This document shows positions 39,571-53,176 of a DNA stretch of 64,000 nt, in pieces. Position 1 is the stretch's first letter, and each line of letters starts with the position of its first letter. The DNA comes from Paragordius varius (Eukaryota; Animalia; Nematomorpha). Below the pieces are notes generated by a model. It searched no databases, was not told where the DNA came from, and was given only the letters and a program-made list of their open reading frames with translations. Location: NCBI GenBank assembly GCA_964247055.1, contig OZ176058.1, positions 1 through 64,000 of the forward strand, written 5' to 3'. Made by a program: the position numbers and the translations under genes.

Positions 39571-42500
39571 ATTTAGATTAATCTTGCTGTTTTAAATGCA
39601 AAACAAAGTATTTATTAGAAAGTTAAAATATTTAAATATATTCTACCATTTTAAATTTTTGTTAAGTGTATCAAGTGTAAGGTAGCACATATCATAAATG
39701 AAAGAAAAAATCTTTATCTGAAATTCTGAGAAAATTCCATAAATTGTTGCATATGGATAAGGTTATAACAAAATAATAGTTTTGACTCTAGCTCTAATAA
39801 TATATGCAATTTTAACCCATAAAAATTGATTAACATTTAAACAATTTTATCCTTTAAAATTTATAATTAATATACAAATGGATATATAAATTGGATGTTA
39901 GTCAATAGCCAAGAATGTTTCTTCAAATTATTATGATGGTTTTACGAATGTTTTACTAGGCAAAATATATATATTGTATATATATATTCAGTGTTTTGTT
40001 ACATATCACAGTTTTTAATTATAAAGAATATAACATCAACAGATTTTTATTCTAGAATTTATTTAAATGTCATTTAATTCTTAATATCTTAAAATTATAT
40101 CGCTTATGCCAGATGGTACTCATAGATACATGAATTCAAATCCAAAAATTGTGGTTCGCTCATTTTAAGGAAAATTATGCTAAATTTTTTTGGAGCAGAA
40201 AGGTTTTTTTATATTTTTTTTATTTTTTATAGATAATTGGTTTTAAAAATGCCATATCAATTTGATATAAATATTTACGAAATTTAAATGTAATACGTTA
40301 AATTTCATACAAGATGTGGTACAAAACCAGGAAAAACTCGTGAGAAAACACGCCGATCAAATCATACATCAGCCACAACAGTAAGCAAACACATCAAGAA
40401 GCCCAAGTGATGAGGACATAACTATTAAATGTTAAAGTATTCAATAAATTCATTTGCATGCAAACCTATTTTCTTGTAAATTAGTATGCTTATTCAAAAA
40501 ATGACCACACACATACACGTTTCGTATTTCTTCAAGCAAATAAAAAATAATAAATTGTACTTGTGTCTTTTTTAATTATTTGAATAAAAGTACTTTTTGT
40601 AAAAGTTACAGTTCAACTTTATATAACCTAGTTTAAATATCAAACTTAATCCGACTCTTAGGCTATAAACATTTTTACAAACGTAATGAGCCCATTAAAC
40701 ATATACAGTAAAACTCAAAACATAAGCCGAGAAATGAGGATTATAACGTTACACTTATACGATCTTAGTAAGAATAGAAATAGATTTTAAAAAAATGTTA
40801 CCAACTCTAATTTTAGGTCATATATATTTAAATAATCTAAATGATCTAACCTATTGAAAAAATCTTAATTTTAATAAATTTATACTCATCTACCTATTTT
40901 CTAGGACTCAGCTTGTTACAAAAGCTATTGCCTATATGTTTATTTTAAGCATCGCATATGAAGTAAATTTATCGCCTTTCTTAAACTATTTATCAATCAT
41001 TAAAAATAAAATGAAATGCTTTTCATTCTATTTAGGATCCCTCTAAATAGATTCATTAACCACTTGGCTTAAGGATTAATTTTGGTGTCCCGTTGTTTAC
41101 TAATTTTATATATAGAGAATATTTGTTCAATAAAGTTATTCCAGATTTTAATAGATTGGACAAACGTGGAACATAGCTGGTTTTTTAAAAAGGTTTTCCA
41201 CTAATGTTTGCCTTTATAAATGAATACGCCATATGAGGAAAATTAAGACATTTTATACTAGTTATATATATATATATTATATAATTTTTGGAACCATATA
41301 ATTGGCTTTTCTGTCATAACATATATTTGGGAAACAAAAGGCTTATTGGGGTTTGGTATAAACCGTTGGCGGGATATTTACAGCGTTTTTAGGAAAAAAT
41401 ATTTTCATTTCATTAAAACATAAATGAATACAGTTGCCTTAGGTTAATATTAATATAAAGAGTAATAAGATATCATGATTGTGTATTTCAGTAATCCTAA
41501 CTATAAATGGAATGTTAAATGTTTATTTACTTTATTTAAGTTTAAAATTAAAAAGTTTAACATTAATCAAAATAACAGAATAAAAATTGTAATTATACCG
41601 ACAAAAAAAGTAAGAATATAAAGACAAAAATGTTGTTTCAAAAGAAAAATATACTTTTTAGACCTAATTTATCCTATAAAAATTAATCAATTACAATCGT
41701 AATCATATATAACTGATTGTGTTACCAATTATATCTATTATATACTTTGAAGTTTATAACAATCGGTTATTTTATAAAAATCCAGATGTCAAAAGAATTG
41801 TGTTTTAATATGAAATAGTAGTCTTAATAAAAGTTTTGTCCGTAAAAATTCAAATTTTAGTGTAGCTTTATTCTATCTTTGGTCATAGCTGACCTTGATA
41901 CCATGTATAATAATATTGTCTTGCAGATTACTTTTTCTTTAAGGTTCCGCCTATGGAATAATGTATAAAATGGGTGTCCTGATTAATTCTTTATATTTAG
42001 CCAAATGCGAATATTAAAAAAATTAAGGGTGATAGTTTGTATTAGTGCTGTATTCACTAAAATTAATAATTTAATTTTGTATCGATTTGACCGTTGTTGG
42101 CTAACGCTTTATTATCTGTATGTTTAATTATTTAAACACAGAAACGTAGGGGTGAAAAATACATGAAAAACTTATGTGGATACTCCTTTCAGTTATCTAT
42201 TCAGATTGAATTCATAAATACACTATTAATAAATATAAACAGACAACGTTAGAGGTAAAAAACAAATTATTTCCCTAAAAGATAACGATAATTTTTAATA
42301 CCATTCCAAATTTTACAATTTTTATTATATAGTTTATGATGAAAATATTAAGGTAAAAAATGTTTAATTTACATTTTAAAAGAAACATTAATTTTAATTA
42401 TTAATTTTTGTATATATGAATTATAATATGTTGTAATGCGATATAAACCAATATCCGAGTTTCTATCTTTCCAGCTAATTTCAATTAAAAAAATATTCAA

Positions 42501-45500
42501 TTTCTTTGATATACATTTTTGTATAATTGAGTTATTTTTGATCTTGTGTCATTTGTTGTGATTCTTTATTTTAATTTGTTTCGATTGTTGGATAGTTTTG
42601 TGCGTAAGTATTTTCAAAATCTAAAATATATTAATAGATAAAAATTAATAAATACAGTATTATTTGATTTATAAAGTGCAAAACTTTTTTTGCTCGTTTA
42701 ACCAATTAGTGGTTTTTAAAACAAATTTTTGTGGTTTAGTTAAATTAAGCTTTTTTAAGTGGCAAACTTAAAACCTCAAACAATTAATATATAAAATTTA
42801 CAATATCTATCATATTAAGCTCTACAATCATTAACTCTAGCCCACACAGTCAAAATCATTTAACCTTGCGTTGTTAATTAAACAATTGACATATTCTTGT
42901 GGAAATTTTCAATACGGTAATTATAAAATTTAGGGGTTTTTAGAGGATATTATAGAACTTGGATTTGTTATGATCTAGTGTTTTTTGGAAAACTGTAATT
43001 GTTAAAAAGTTTTATTTTTTTAAATGTTTTGTTAAAATGAATTTATAGCGTATTTTAATAGAAATTTAACCTTATTTTTTAAAATTTTTAGCGTATTTTT
43101 TAGAATTTTTAGGGTATTTTTTAGAATTTTTACCGTATTTTTTAGATTTTTTAGCGTATTTTAATGAGAATTTTTAGCGTATATTTTAGAATTTTTAGCG
43201 TATTTTATTGGAAATTTTCCTTTATTTTTCTAGTTTATTTACATATTTTATTCACCCTTTAACTAATTCACAATGTTTAATAAATTTTTAGAAGAAAAAA
43301 ATGCGGAGAATATAAATATATAGAGTCCGAAATTTACAAAATTTTATTCGAATTAGATTGAAAAGGCCACAAATGTAACGTTAATATAACGAAAATTTAT
43401 TTTTAGCCATATTTTTTAGAAATAGGATAGTAAAATCGATGTTCAAGTTGTAAACATGATAGATAATTAATTTAACATCTTTCTTGAAATTATTTGTTAA
43501 ATTCTTTAAATCAATTAAGATTAGTATACTTTGTTTTAATTTAAGATTATATTTCAATCCTAAATTAACAGGAAAAGACCCATACGACTAAAGCAAAAAA
43601 TAAAATCACATGTTTTTAACTTTTTTAAACTTGGTTTCCTGGTCCCAAATCAAAAAAATAATTCACATTTTTAGAGATTAAAAATAGTAATTCCACCCAA
43701 CTATTATATATATATAATATAAACAAGTGCAAATTTATTTAAGGATTTCTCGAGATTTCTTCAAACATCGTACGAAATAGTAACATATAATGAAAACTAA
43801 ATTTATTGCAACAATTTTTAAAGATAAAATTTAAAAGTAGAGAGAAAAATATCTATTGGATTAAATTAAGAAAAAAAATTTATAAACTAACATTAGTTCT
43901 TTTAGTGGTATTAAATGACTCCATTTACCGGAAATATTTTCTAGCGTTTTTCGAATTAAAACCAGCATGCATTTTAATCAAAACTGTTAACTTAAAACAA
44001 CATGAAAAATGTAAATCTTACGAAAATTATTATCCAGTCCAAATCGTAAGGGCAAATGCTTTCATTGATTTCATTTAAGGTCCCAATGCAATTCACAAAG
44101 CATCCATTGTTGTTTTAAATATTCTATGAATTAAATGCAAAAAAATTTACCTTAATAAATGTTTTGAGATATTAATTACATTGTTGTTTGATTTGCAGTA
44201 AGGATTAGCTATGATTATTTCCCGATTCTTGATTTTTCATTTCAATTCTAAAACATTATATGAAAAAATATACTTTGTAAGCAAAATTAATTCTCAGTCC
44301 ATGTAATTGTAGCCGGAACAAGAGAGACGGAAGAAGGCACGCACGCATATTGCATTGGAAAAATTTGGAAAAATAAAAAAATTAAAAATGAATTTTGCCT
44401 ACAAATTCATTGTATATATAGAGAGGGAACTCACGTGTACTCACGTGTTCCCTCTCTTTCTTGTTCTGTCCAATTAAAAACGTGTGCATATTCGAGAAAT
44501 TTCGTTCCTTTTGTTTGTTTCGCCCAAAAAAACACATTTGAAAGATACACAGTCTTTCTTGTTCTTATGCATATAAAAATTATAAATACGTAATATGATT
44601 ATTACTAAATATGGTAAAAATTTATATATTTTGTTTGTTTGTTATATAAATTCCTTAAATTCCTTAGTATGATGAAATAAAAATAAAAATAAATTCCTTT
44701 GTATGATGCAATAAAAATAAAAATAAATTCCTTATGTGCACAAGTCTTAAAAAAATGTGTGTGTATTATATTATGTATTAAATATCCCAAATAAATAATT
44801 TGAAATTTAAACTTCAAATTAAAATATTATAAAACTGCCATCTTATTATTCAAGTATATTTGAAAATTAGATGTTTACATGAAATATTTATTCTATGTTT
44901 TAATCTATTTAATTTATCAATAAAAATATATTATACCTATCAAAAGCTGTAAATAATAGTTTAGGATTAGTTAAGAAGCAAATTAATTCCTTTTAGTTGA
45001 TTGATAAAGTTCAAATCTCTATTTTTAGTTTTGAAAGTTAAAATTTAAAGGTTTTTGAATTTTACTTTAAATAAAAAGTCAAAATGTATTTTTATTTAAC
45101 TTAATTATGTTATAAATCAATCTCACCTTTATTCAAAATGTTAAGAAAAAATTTATAACATTGTCAACAAACCAAAATTAATTTGTTAGCCAAAAATTAT
45201 TAAAGTAAATTATTTTTTTAATTAAGAAAAAATGTTTTAAGAATTGAATAAGATTTGTAGAAAGTTGGTTTTTGATTTAATAAGGTTGCCTTTGTAATTA
45301 ATATATCTGAAATCATTAACCCATTCTGATAATTATATAATCTTTTGATTATTATTGAAATTATTGGTTCGCAAACTAGTAAATTATTTCATATTTAAAT
45401 AAGTGAAAAATAAAATTTAAAGTATTAGCCAATCTTATTCCTATGATAGTATTTTTGAAAAGCTAATGGGAAATTCAAATTATATAGAATCTAGACAAAA

Positions 45501-45778
45501 ACATTGATTAAGTTCCTAAACAATAAGTTATTATTTAATTTTATGGTAACAATTGAGGTCAACACATAAATCCTACATTTTAAACAATCGCTTTTGGCAA
45601 CTCATAAACGCTAAAATTTAACTAAAAAAAGACAGATCTTTTATTAATTAAATTAAAAAAGCTGGATAAACAATTTAATGTAGATAATTATCTCAATTAA
45701 TCTTCTCTCTATTGGTAATATCGAATATAAATATTTGATTATTATACAAAATTGTCAGATTATTATTAAAATACACCT

Positions 45779-45889
45779 GGGGTTTCGAGTTTGTGGGCTA
45801 GGGTTAGGGTAAGAGCTTGGAGTTGGTTCATTTTCTTAAAGAAGTCCGCAGGACTTCCTCGGGCTGCGAAGCAGGCCGAGACCCACGCA
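45779..45889 (+). mobile_element. H module copy 6 (essentially identical to copy 1)
   Basis: Same sequence and flanks as 20466-20576. Confidence 0.7.
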
Positions 45890-46412
45890 TTTCAATTCAA
45901 ATTTAATTTTTCTATTAATCTTTTAATTATCTACTTAAAAATTACTTACTAAAAGATGTTATATATTTAATATTTAAAGATTTCAATAACCTAAGCCAAG
46001 ATTTAATACTTAATTTTATATTTTACAATAGTTACCCGAATTTCATTAAGGAAGATCAGTAGATATTTTTCTAGTAGCCTTAATAAGGTTGCATCCTGAA
46101 TTATTTGAAACTTATTTTTAATTAAATTTATTAAAAATTAATATTTACTCACAAACATGACTACTTACGTTTTAGGAATTAAAATTTTTTTGAACATTGT
46201 TAAAATAGGTTAACTTAAAACAGGTATATATGAAATACTGGAATTATATATAAAGTGTATACTTATAATAAGAAAATATCTGATCAATTAATTTTATCGG
46301 TTATATATGTGCAAGGCTTTATTTTCATTTGTGATCTAATGATAAAAAGTGTTACAATATAGTCATTTTGAAAACAAGAATAGGTATTTATGTGTTTTAA
46401 ATGATATATCAA

Positions 46413-46495
46413 GGGGTTTCGAATTTGTGGGCTAGGGTTAGGGTGAGGGATTGGAGTTGGTTCATTTTCTTTAAGAAGTCCGCAGGACTTCCTCG
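46413..46495 (+). mobile_element. H module copy 7, truncated at the second hairpin and fused to the SLC5 exon-17 copy
   Basis: ..GAAGTCCGCAGGACTTCCTCG|TAAGATGTATTCGCTATC.. Confidence 0.75.
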
Positions 46496-47172
46496 TAAGA
46501 TGTATTCGCTATCTTATCTCCTGGTTACACCGATTGGCTTCATACTTTGTGCAGTAATAGCTGTTGTTGTAAGTCTCCTAACAAGTAATTCGAAATATCA
46601 AATACTGTATTAATCGCATATACGATTATAAACCCTAATTTTTAATATAAACTAACCTTGGAAATGCAAAAAAGTATTCCTATTTTACACAATTTCATAT
46701 TTTGCACTAAACGATGAATTGCAATTAAAAAATGGCTATATCAAAAAATTATTTGTCGTTATGTTTTTATTGTCTGTATAATAATATTTTACTCTAAAAA
46801 AATGTATGATTTATAGTATACCATTTACAATTCAAATTCACCCTTTAACAATTCAAATTTACCCCAAAAATAAATTATGTGTTTTCGGGATTATATAACT
46901 CATTATTAATATGAAATTACTTCTTATGGCATAGTTTATTATTTTTTTAATATTATTTTAAGTTTAAACAAAATTTGCTTTTTTAGATATATATAAATGT
47001 ATAAGTAATTATTGAGCTTAGAAAACCTATATTTTTTTAAGGGTGAATTTAACTGTAAATATTATAAATATATATATTATAGATTATTTCTTGTATAGAT
47101 GGTACAAAGAATGCTAACCTGAATTTTGATGAGACTTCGCTTCTTCATCCGTGGATTGCTCGGAAACATTAA
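46496..47172 (+). pseudogene. Duplicated 3' fragment of the SLC5 gene (exon 17 at 46496-46584, intron, exon 18 at 47099-47172); possibly part of a chimeric ORF starting at 46401
   Basis: Both exon lengths (89 and 74 nt), the splice sites and the stop (TAG changed to TAA) are kept, with a few substitutions (T>I, D>N, LP>SL). The intron still carries the family-3 MITE. Confidence 0.88.
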
Positions 47173-48789
47173 ATATAAATACTCCTTATTTTTTAATTAT
47201 ATTTTTATCAAATATTAAAATTCTCATTTTTGTCATCCTAATCCAATTTTTTGATTATTACAATCGAATTTCTTGAAGCAAATGAAAAAATAATAAATTG
47301 TATTTTTGTATTTTATTATTTTATAAATATAGTTTTTGGAGACTAAATTCAATTTTATATAAAACCAATTGGCCTCAAATATATAGTAATTTATACGAAG
47401 AAAACTCAAATTTAAAGACCATTTTTTTCTACAAGACAATGATACTTTTACAAACCTTAATTTCTATATATATTTATAATCGTATAACACATAAATTGCT
47501 TGTGTCATTAATTTACATCTTTATTTCCTACTTTATAGTTTGAAACAATGAGTTATCATTATAAAAACTGGCATTAGAAAAAAATATTTGTCTTTATATT
47601 TTTGCGTTTTGTCCGTATAATTTCAATTTTTACTGTAAAAAATCACAAATCAACACTGTGTGTTATTAATTTTTGCAAAAGTAATGAGCCTATTTAACAT
47701 ATACAGTAAACATAAGGAGATAAATGAGATTAATAATGCTAAAGTTTATAGTGATCTGTTGCAAGAATAAAAAAAGATTCAAAAAAAATGTTGCAAATTC
47801 TAATTTTAGGTCCTTAATTTTTACATAATCTACATAATATCTATACTTTTAAAAAATTCTTATTTTAAATGAATTTATGTCATCTACCTATTTTTTAGGG
47901 CACAACCATGCTGCAAAAGCTATTGCCTAAATGTTTATTTTTAGCATTGCATATAAAATAAATTTATCGCCTTTCTAAAACTATTGATCAATTATTAAAA
48001 AATAAAATGTAATGATTTTCATTCTATTTTGGATCCCTTTAAATAGATTTATTAACCACTTGGCTTAGGATAGTAATTTTGATGTCCCGTTGTTTACTAA
48101 TTTTATATATAGAATATTTGTTCAATAAAGTTATTCCAGATTTTAATAGATTGGACAAACGTGGAACATAGCTGGTTTTTTAAAAAAGTTTTCCACTAAT
48201 GTTTACAATCAATCGAAGCAAATAGGAATAGAATAAGCATGAAAATGTTAAAAAGATTGTTTTTAAAATTCATATCTGAGGATTAAAGAATAAATTTTAG
48301 ACTATTTAACAAAAAAAATATATAATAAATTTGATCACAAAAACGAATCCTTTTTATAGCTGTTTTTGTAAGCTATAGGGCATGTCTTTAAAATTCACAT
48401 TAATGCAAATTATATGCGTAATATATAATGAAATGCATAAAATATAAATGTATTCTAGGAAAACTACCTTTTTTGATATGTGTTATATGTTATGCAAAAC
48501 AAAAATATTTTAAACCTTTTTTAAAAACAGAAAACTCGATAGCATTTTGAATATATTTCTGTTCGCAAATGTATACAGATATTTAAAGAATGTCTATAGT
48601 TTTAGGGCCTATTTCATTGTAAGTAATTTATATATTTTGTTAAATAGTAATATACATATCTAAATTAGAAAATATTTTCTTATATATTATTCCCAATTAT
48701 TAATATATAACAATGATTTAGGTAACTAATGCTTTTTTAAATATTATTGTCGAGAAATTTCAAATAATTTATACGATATCCCTGTAAAA

Positions 48790-50270
48790 TTATTTTATTA
48801 ATAAATTTTCTGAATAAATCTTTTCCAATTTGGTAATGAAGTAAAATGTTAAAATTAATAGTAATTACAATCTTGTGTTTAAAATTTTAATAAATGCCTA
48901 TATTATGAATGCGGCCCGCGAAGCCATTTGTGTTTGACACACACCCCTGTTTTAGAACATATTCTACATAAATAGATCTAGAATATACAGTAAAAATTGA
49001 AATTATACGGACAAAACATAAAAATATAAAGACAAATATTTTATTTCCAAAGACAATTATACTTTTTAAAATCTATAATTTTTGATATATAAAATATTTA
49101 ATAACAATCGTGAATTAAATATTTGATGTGATACCAATTTACATTTTAATTTATATATTGCAGTTTAAAATAATGATTTATATTTAAAATCAAAATTTAA
49201 AAAATTAGTTGTCTATTTAAAAAATATTAGTCTTTATATTTTCAACTTTTGTCCGTATAATTTCAATTTTTACTGTATTTTATCAACAAATTTTCTGAAT
49301 AAATTTTTTCCAAATTAGTAATGAAGTAGCAAAAAATGTTAAAATTAATAGTAATTTTTACAATCTTGTGTTTAAAATTTAAAAAATGCCTATATTTTAT
49401 AAATGCGGCCCGCGAAGCTATTTGTGTTTGACACAGACCCCTGTTTTAAAACATATTTCACATAAAATTCCAATTATTATCTAGATCTAGAATATACAGT
49501 AAAAGTTGGAATTATACGGACAAAATGTATAAATATAAAGACAAATATTTTTTTCTAAAACACAACCTACATTTATATTAATTTATCCTAAAAAATGTTT
49601 TATTACAATCGTAAAATACACAATTAATTTTGCTAATTGACATTTCTATATGATATTTTGTATAAAATAATGAATTACATTTAAAAAAATCTAGATTAAA
49701 AAAATTTAGTTGTCTTGTTGAAAAAAATATTAGTCTTGACATTTTCAAATTTCCGTATAATTTCAATTTTTACTGTGTTTTATAAATAAATTTTCTGAAT
49801 AAATCTTTTCCAATTTAGTAATGAATTAGCAAAAAATGTTAAAATTAATAGTAGTTTTTACAATCTTGTGAAAATTTTAATAAATGCCTATATTTCATAA
49901 ATGCGGTCCGCGAAGCCATTTGAGTTTAACACACCCCAGTTTTAAAACATATTTCACATAAAATTCCAATTTAAAATCGATATCTAGAATATACAGTAAA
50001 AATTAAAATTATACGGACAAAATTTAAAAATATAAAGACAATTTTTTTTCAAAAGACAAACTACTTTGTATATCATAATATGTTTTAATATAACTAATTT
50101 AATCAGCTGTGAAATATAGATATTATAAAACACAATGAATTCTAAATTTTAAAATGTTAAATAACTAGCTAATATGAGAAAAATTAAGGTTTTAAAAAGT
50201 ATGGTTGTCTTTGAGATAAAAATATTTGTCTTTTACGTTTTGTCCGAATTTTAATTTTTACTGTATTTTT
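48790..50270. repeat. Three tandem ~490-bp units, each a hAT-like terminal fragment plus a family-1 MITE
   Basis: atgcggcccgcgaagc.atttg.gtttgacac..cccctg (minus strand CAGGGGT..GTCAAAC.CAAATGGCTTCGCGGGCCGCAT) at about 48908, 49402 and 49900, each followed by a MITE (48988-49275, 49497-49775, 49994-50263). Confidence 0.75.
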
Positions 50271-50459
50271 TTGTTAAATTCTTCCATATTGATTATATAA
50301 AATGACTTACGAGTGAAAATTTTATCAAAAATATTTTAGTTTTAGGACCTTTTTACTTCACAAAGCAATATAAATTTAATTTTTAGCAATATCGAGAGCC
50401 TGTGTTTTTAGTAATGTAACCACAATATTTTGTAACATTAGTAACGAATTAAAAAAGTT

Positions 50460-52277
50460 TTACAGTAAATATTGAAATTATACAACAAACGTAATAAATA
50501 AAAAATAAAGTAAAATCCGAAATTATACGGACAAAATGTAAAAATTTAAAGAAATATTTTTTCTAAAGGACAACTATTATATTTTAAACTTTGATTTTTC
50601 AACAATTATTTCATCACAATCTTAAATTTTATAATTGGGTGTATTACAGTAAAAATTGAAATTATACGGACAAAACGTAGAATATAAAAACAAATATTTT
50701 TTCCCAAAAGACAAGCATAATTTAAATATTGATTTCTCTTATATAAATTATATAATTACAATTATATAATATATATTTGATAGATTATCAATTTTATTTG
50801 CAGTTTATAACAATGGGTTATATTTAAAAAAATCATGATTTAAAAAGTATGGTGGTATTTTAGAAAAAAACATTTTATATTACATTTTTTTACGTTTTGT
50901 CCGTATTATTTCAGCTTTTCCTATATAAATTGTTTTCAGCATTATATAGTAAAAATATGATATTCTTTGAAATATAGAAATGTAACCTATTCTCGATTGA
51001 AATTAAGGAACTATTCCAAATATGTAATTATTTAACTTTATATTAAAATCAGTCTCATTCTACAATTGACTTAATCCAAGGTATGTATTCCTTGACTGAG
51101 GTAAAAATTTCAGGATTTTTTTGGTCTATTTCAACCAACTGCATAATAGTAACTAGTAATTCCAGACAATTTAATAATAGATTATTTATGATTTATATAA
51201 AAAATATTTTTTACTGGTAACAAATATTCTTATTATAGAGGCAAAACGTGAAAATGTAAAACTATTTTTTAGGCAAGACTTGTTTTTATATCACTGATTG
51301 TTTTCAACTGCAAAGTGTGGAATATGGGATGTATAGTAAAACAATCTATTATGTCTTTTGCAATTGTAACTGAATAATTTATATGGAAAAAATTAAGGTT
51401 TAAAAAATTTTTCATTTGTGTCCGTATAATTCCAATTTTTACTGTATATTCTTTCCATACTTTGCATTCAAACAATCATTTATACTATAGTTCATCGGTC
51501 TTTTAAAAAAATATTTGTGTTTATGTATTTTACGTTTTGACTTAATAATTTCAATTTTTACTGTAATTACCTGACTAATCTAGGATAATTCAAATTCACC
51601 CTCGAACAATCAAAGTCACCCTTGAACAATTCAAATTTACCCTTGAACAATTTAAATTCACCCTAAAAATAAATTATGTGTTTTTAAACTAATATAACTC
51701 ATTATTAATATAAAATATATCTTTATGGCATAATTATTTTTACAAATTTTATTTTTTAAAATTATAAAAAATATATAGGTAATTTTTCATCTTAAAAAAT
51801 TTATAAATTATTTGAGGGTGAATTTAAATTGTAAGTATATATTACATGACAAACGTTTCGCATGCCATATTATACTCCTGCGCAAATTCGATTCATTACT
51901 TTAACTTTATTGTAGGCATATTTGGTTTTGCAATCGATTTGTAATAAGTGATAAGCCACACTTCTTTCATTTTATCAGAAAATTTTCACTCGATTAAAAA
52001 AATAGAAAACCAAATAATGAAATTTTACAGTAAAAATTGAAATTATACGGACAAAATATAAAAATATAAAACAAATTATTTTTGCAAAAAACATAAATCT
52101 TAATCTACCCTATATAAATAATTTTCTTACAATAAAATTAATGATTGGTTACCAACATCTCTATTTAATAGTTTGACAATGAGTTATAATCACCAAAAAA
52201 TGAGATTTGAAAAGTAGGGTGTTTTTTAAAAAAAATATTTGCCTTTTTATACGTCCGTATAATTTCAATTTTTACTG
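50460..52277. mobile_element. Further family-1 MITEs (about 50645-50920, 51240-51445, 52028-52277) and a family-3 copy (~51587-51834)
   Basis: Family-diagnostic TIR sequences. Confidence 0.7.
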
Positions 52278-53176
52278 TAAGTCTGACCAACATTGTAACT
52301 TTTAAGCTAATTACAATAAGAATTAATATGATATAATCATTTTGATTTTTCTTATATAAACCATTTAATTAAATAAAATATATATGCTAATATTAATTTA
52401 CATTGCTCTAGCCATAATTTTTTCTTAAAAAATCAAGTTATACACCAAGCCTTCGAAAAAAATATTCTTTATTACTTTTTGTGATTATATGTATTTTACC
52501 TTTAAATTTTTACTTCCTACCATATAGTACAACAAAGATTTGTCTTAAAATTATAAAGCATATAATTTATTCATCATATTTTTTTCAGATTTATTATAGG
52601 CCCATCCAGTGGAACAGTCTCGGCCAGTAGTATTGAAGTATTCGTATTTGGTAAACAGATTAGATTCAAAAAATTATCTAAAGGAGCAGTTTCTGTTAAT
52701 TCAAGAATGGTGTATCACCGATGTGGGATGACTGGGCTTAATATCAAAAAAATTTCCTTTATGTTTTTATTCTAAATATAAGTTTTATTAATAAATATTT
52801 TATTTGTTAATAATATATTCATACGTTTGCTAAATTAATTCTTGTATTGTCATTCACGTATGGAATCCTTAAATTTTAACATAGTTTATCCAAAATATAT
52901 CCAAATTACATACAGTTTTTTAACTTCTAGATGTATAATGTTGGTTAACTCAGGGGTATGTCAACACAAATATTATGGCGGCTATTTTAATAATTTTTGG
53001 GGTTTTATATTTTTAGTCCAATTATGATTGATAAATAATCGTAACCATTTTGATTTAAACCCAATTATTTATTTTAATAAAAATTTTTATAGCACCTTTT
53101 TGTGCCAAAAAAAGTGTGTTGAACATCCCTGAGTAGCTTTAAAACCCGATTGAATTACACAGCTATATTTAATATA

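Larger units (their letters stand above)
36600..48200. repeat. Segmental duplication, region II: about 1.5 head-to-tail copies of a ~7.6-kb unit related to region I
   Basis: The E-box hairpin is at 36819 and 44420 (7601 apart) and H1 at 38148 and 45779 (7631 apart). Block 36600-36810 recurs at 44198-44420. The motif gtaatgagc..tttaacatatacagtaa occurs at 16701, 22982, 40683 and 47681. Confidence 0.85.

Noticed and set aside
42830-42848. Inverted match to the H module core (TAACTCTAGCCCACA)
   Set aside because: Only about 15 bp with a mismatch and no hairpins adjacent; could be chance.
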